A stretch of DNA of 63,676 bases, counting the filler, from Aduncisulcus paluster (lineage: Eukaryota): the NCBI GenBank assembly GCA_024181965.1. It is 8 parts of 8 records of this genome, joined end to end, with 100 filler letters (N's around TTAATTAATTAA, not from the genome) between each part and the next. Parts side by side here need not be neighbours in the genome. Positions count along the whole stretch, not along the records: positions 61,177 to 63,676 come from BQXS01011422.1; 7 more parts are not named here. One strand, 5' to 3'. The translations under genes and the position numbers were made by a program. The notes beneath the pieces were generated by a model that had not been told where the DNA came from, did not search any database, and saw only the letters and a program-made list of their open reading frames with translations. Positions 61,177 to 63,676 of the stretch are shown here, piece by piece. Within the stretch, counting starts at the first letter, position 1, and the number at the start of each line of letters is the position of its first letter.

Positions 61177-63012
61177 CAAAAGGAAAAGAAACATAAAATA
61201 GAAAAGGAAGAAAAGGAAGAAAAGGAAGAAGAAGAGAAGAAAGAGTTAAGCAAAGAGAAGGAAGAGAAGGAAGAGAAAGAAGAGAAAGAAGAGGAGAAGG
61301 AGGAGGAGAAACCATTGACAAAAGAGCAACTTACTGAAGCCAGGAAACAGAGGAAAAGAGAGAAGAAAGCTAGAAAGAAAAAAGCAAAGGAAGATAAGAT
61401 GTTATTAGCCAAGAAAAGGAGAGACGAACAAAGCAGTGCAAATGCAAGTGCAAGTTCAAGTTCAAAAGAAGGAAAAGAAGAAGGAAAAGAAAGAAGAAAG
61501 GGTGAAACAGAACAACAGACTGTTGGTAAAGACTCCATTCCAGCAAGTACAACTGGAACTACTAAAGACAATACTAACTCTTCTTCTTCTTCTTTCTCAT
61601 GTTCTAAAAATAGACATGGACATTCACCAGAGGAAGATTCTGTTGCTGCTCTTGACTTGGCCAAGTTAAAGATTGAGCGAGGACTAGATTTCCCATTTGT
61701 TCGCACTGTGAGTTCTCAGAGCAATAGTTCAGTTATGGAAACATTGTATGGCAGATCTACAAGTGTATATTTAGCTAATCGGGTATCTTTATTGATGTCT
61801 CATAGATACCAACAACAAGGAGCAAAACAAAATGGTATGTCTTCATCAATGATGTCAGTTGATGAGAGAAAGGAAGAAGCAGAAGAAGAAGAGAAAGAAG
61901 AGAAGGAAAAGGAAGAGAAAGGTATGATAGTTCTTCCTTCAATTTCTTCTTGTTCTGTGGCATGTAGATTATCCTCCTCAGATGCTTCTTTACTCTCTTT
62001 TCCCCTCATCCTTCCACACTCTCTAACTCCTATCGTACCTCACTCTTCTTCTTCTTTCTCATCTTCTTCTTCTTTCTCATCTTCTTCTTCCTCATCATCT
62101 TCTTCTTCTTTCTCACCTGTTCTATTTGAGCTACATAATCGTACAAATGGATGTGTGTATGTTTGTGTAGGTGATGGGAAGACACAACGAAGGAAACAAA
62201 AGGAACAAGCACAAGGAAGTGTCGATATAGTTGATTTAGCAACTGGTACAGGTAGTGATAATGGAACTAGTGATGGTTGTACAGTTAGTTGTTGTGCTGA
62301 TTCTGAAGTTAAGGGTAGCAGTTCTGTTTCAACTGATGGAAAAGTTTCAACAGTTTCAACAGTTTCAAAATGTTCAACAGTTTCAACAGTTTCAAAGACT
62401 ATAATAGATACTGTTTGTACAAGTACAGTATCTCAAGGAGAAATAGCTTATATATATAGCAATCCAAAGAAAGAACAAAAAGAACTAAAAGAAGAAGAAG
62501 AAACACACCCCCTCAAACAAGAATCTAAGTCTAAACGAATTTTTATAACAAATACTAAATATACTAAAAGCAGCGATAAGATAGGTCATTTGAAAACTTT
62601 AGAATCAAAGTCACCCTCACCTGATGAGGTTGGTCATTCTTTAACTTCTTCTTCTTCTTCTCATCCAGGTCATACAGAGAATAACGACATTAAATGGGCT
62701 TGGAAATGCAAGAACCACCATAAACCATTTTTATTGCACCATCACATCACTCTGACACATATTAGGAAAGAATGGAAACAATGTGGAGGCATTATTGAGG
62801 ATAGTTTGAAAGAGAAGAAAGAGAAGAAAGAGAAAACTACCTTGGAGGAGATGGATTTTGTTCAAAGGCAAGCAATTGAAGGTGACCATGCACTCAGATG
62901 GTATTCAAGGGTTGTTAATAGGTATTTGTCCTCTTTGCCAAGGGGTACTGTTGTTCTGACACTCATTACACCTCCTAAAGGTGATGGTAAGGTGTTTTAT
63001 AATGTCTTATGA
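61177..63012 (+). CDS. Low-complexity K/E/S-rich protein (5' partial)
   Basis: Frame open from the contig start; C-terminal RYLSSLPRGTVVLTL faintly recalls Rex1/REXO5 C-termini (unverified). Confidence 0.65.
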   Translation, partial: QKEKKHKIEKEEKEEKEEEEKKELSKEKEEKEEKEEKEEEKEEEKPLTKEQLTEARKQRKREKKARKKKAKEDKMLLAKKRRDEQSSANASASSSSKEGKEEGKERRKGETEQQTVGKDSIPASTTGTTKDNTNSSSSSFSCSKNRHGHSPEEDSVAALDLAKLKIERGLDFPFVRTVSSQSNSSVMETLYGRSTSVYLANRVSLLMSHRYQQQGAKQNGMSSSMMSVDERKEEAEEEEKEEKEKEEKGMIVLPSISSCSVACRLSSSDASLLSFPLILPHSLTPIVPHSSSSFSSSSSFSSSSSSSSSSSFSPVLFELHNRTNGCVYVCVGDGKTQRRKQKEQAQGSVDIVDLATGTGSDNGTSDGCTVSCCADSEVKGSSSVSTDGKVSTVSTVSKCSTVSTVSKTIIDTVCTSTVSQGEIAYIYSNPKKEQKELKEEEETHPLKQESKSKRIFITNTKYTKSSDKIGHLKTLESKSPSPDEVGHSLTSSSSSHPGHTENNDIKWAWKCKNHHKPFLLHHHITLTHIRKEWKQCGGIIEDSLKEKKEKKEKTTLEEMDFVQRQAIEGDHALRWYSRVVNRYLSSLPRGTVVLTLITPPKGDGKVFYNVL

Positions 63013-63460
63013 TAGGTTACATTTTATTTAATATACCCGCCCCACAATACTTGTATATCACATTCCACATTAATATCATCTCCTCTAGAATACCACCATT
63101 CTTCTCAAAAGAGATAGGGAGTGAGAGTGAGAATGAGAGTGAGAAAGAAATGATCTAATTATAGCAACAGTTTGTGTTTGTGTAGTTATAATTGTTGTTC
63201 ATGTTTTACTGAGTTAGAATATAATTATAAGACTACAAAGAAAAAAAAAGAAGGGAATAAAGCACATTTTAGAGGAATGTACGAGTCATTTGTGAAGGAA
63301 GAAGTATATTGGAACTGATTGGAGTCTAACGAGAATCCCGTTAACGAGATCAACAGAAAATAGAATAGAACAGTGAAAGTGTGAGATTTTTTTGTGAGAG
63401 CTGGGAGATTACACACTTCACCAACTAGAGCACATCTTTATCAACTCCTTATTTCACACG

Positions 63461-63498
63461 GCTGCTGCTACTGCTACTGCTACTGCTACTGCTACTGC
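63461..63498. repeat. (CTACTG)n microsatellite immediately after the kinase stop
   Basis: About five hexamer units seen directly. Confidence 0.85.
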
Positions 63499-63675
63499 TT
63501 AAAAGCCATGGATTGTCCCTGTACACCCATCATACTCTTCAAGCTGACGGGCAATGTACTCCTCGATGGATGGACATTCCCACCCTTCTCCAAGACGCGG
63601 CAGTAAATATTTGATATCATTCGTCAGAGAGCGGGCTTGGTGGATCGTCATTCGTTTCAGACGGTCAGGGTTCAA
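63499..63675 (-). CDS. C-terminus of a protein kinase of the same family as 8117-8916 (5' partial; not in ORF track)
   Basis: LNPDRLKRMTIHQARSLTNDIKYLLPRLGEGWECPSIEEYI aligns with LTEMDPEKRMSVREARKRIQTIKEFLPQIGIGWKYPTIDEII. Confidence 0.8.
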   Translation of the reverse strand: MNPDRLKRMTIHQARSLTNDIKYLLPRLGEGWECPSIEEYIARQLEEYDGCTGTIHGF

Positions 63676-63676
63676 C

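Overview
Eukaryotic protist DNA using the standard genetic code, gene-dense, with short AT-rich GTATGT...YAG introns. The gene families suggest a free-living fornicate such as Aduncisulcus paluster (my inference, not checked). The window is not one locus: it is 8 contigs joined by seven artificial 100-nt N44-TTAATTAATTAA-N44 spacers, with three 20-N scaffold gaps and several near-perfect tandem duplications that look like assembly artefacts. Recognisable genes: a full-size ABCA transporter (split by a mis-assembled repeat), an Arc1p/AIMP1-like tRNA-binding protein, an EF-hand protein, ADF/cofilin, an internalin-like LRR + Cys-rich surface protein, a multi-ASH ciliary protein, a CEP41-like protein, diphosphomevalonate decarboxylase, a divergent alpha-tubulin, a Cdc20/Fizzy fragment and two fragments of one kinase family. 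The Cdc20 fragment, one kinase fragment and most of a ~1950-aa gene are missing from the ORF track. Most notable: (1) two inverted copies of a cassette whose non-coding upstream DNA is nearly identical while the tandem jelly-roll (DOC/APC10-like) protein it precedes differs in clustered loop codons, a candidate diversified receptor family; (2) a 641-bp hAT-type MITE with 26-bp TIRs and an 8-bp TSD whose empty site is visible in the paralogous copy; (3) a protein with a three-fold symmetric PHF5/Rds3-like zinc domain; (4) an alpha-tubulin altered at normally invariant residues.
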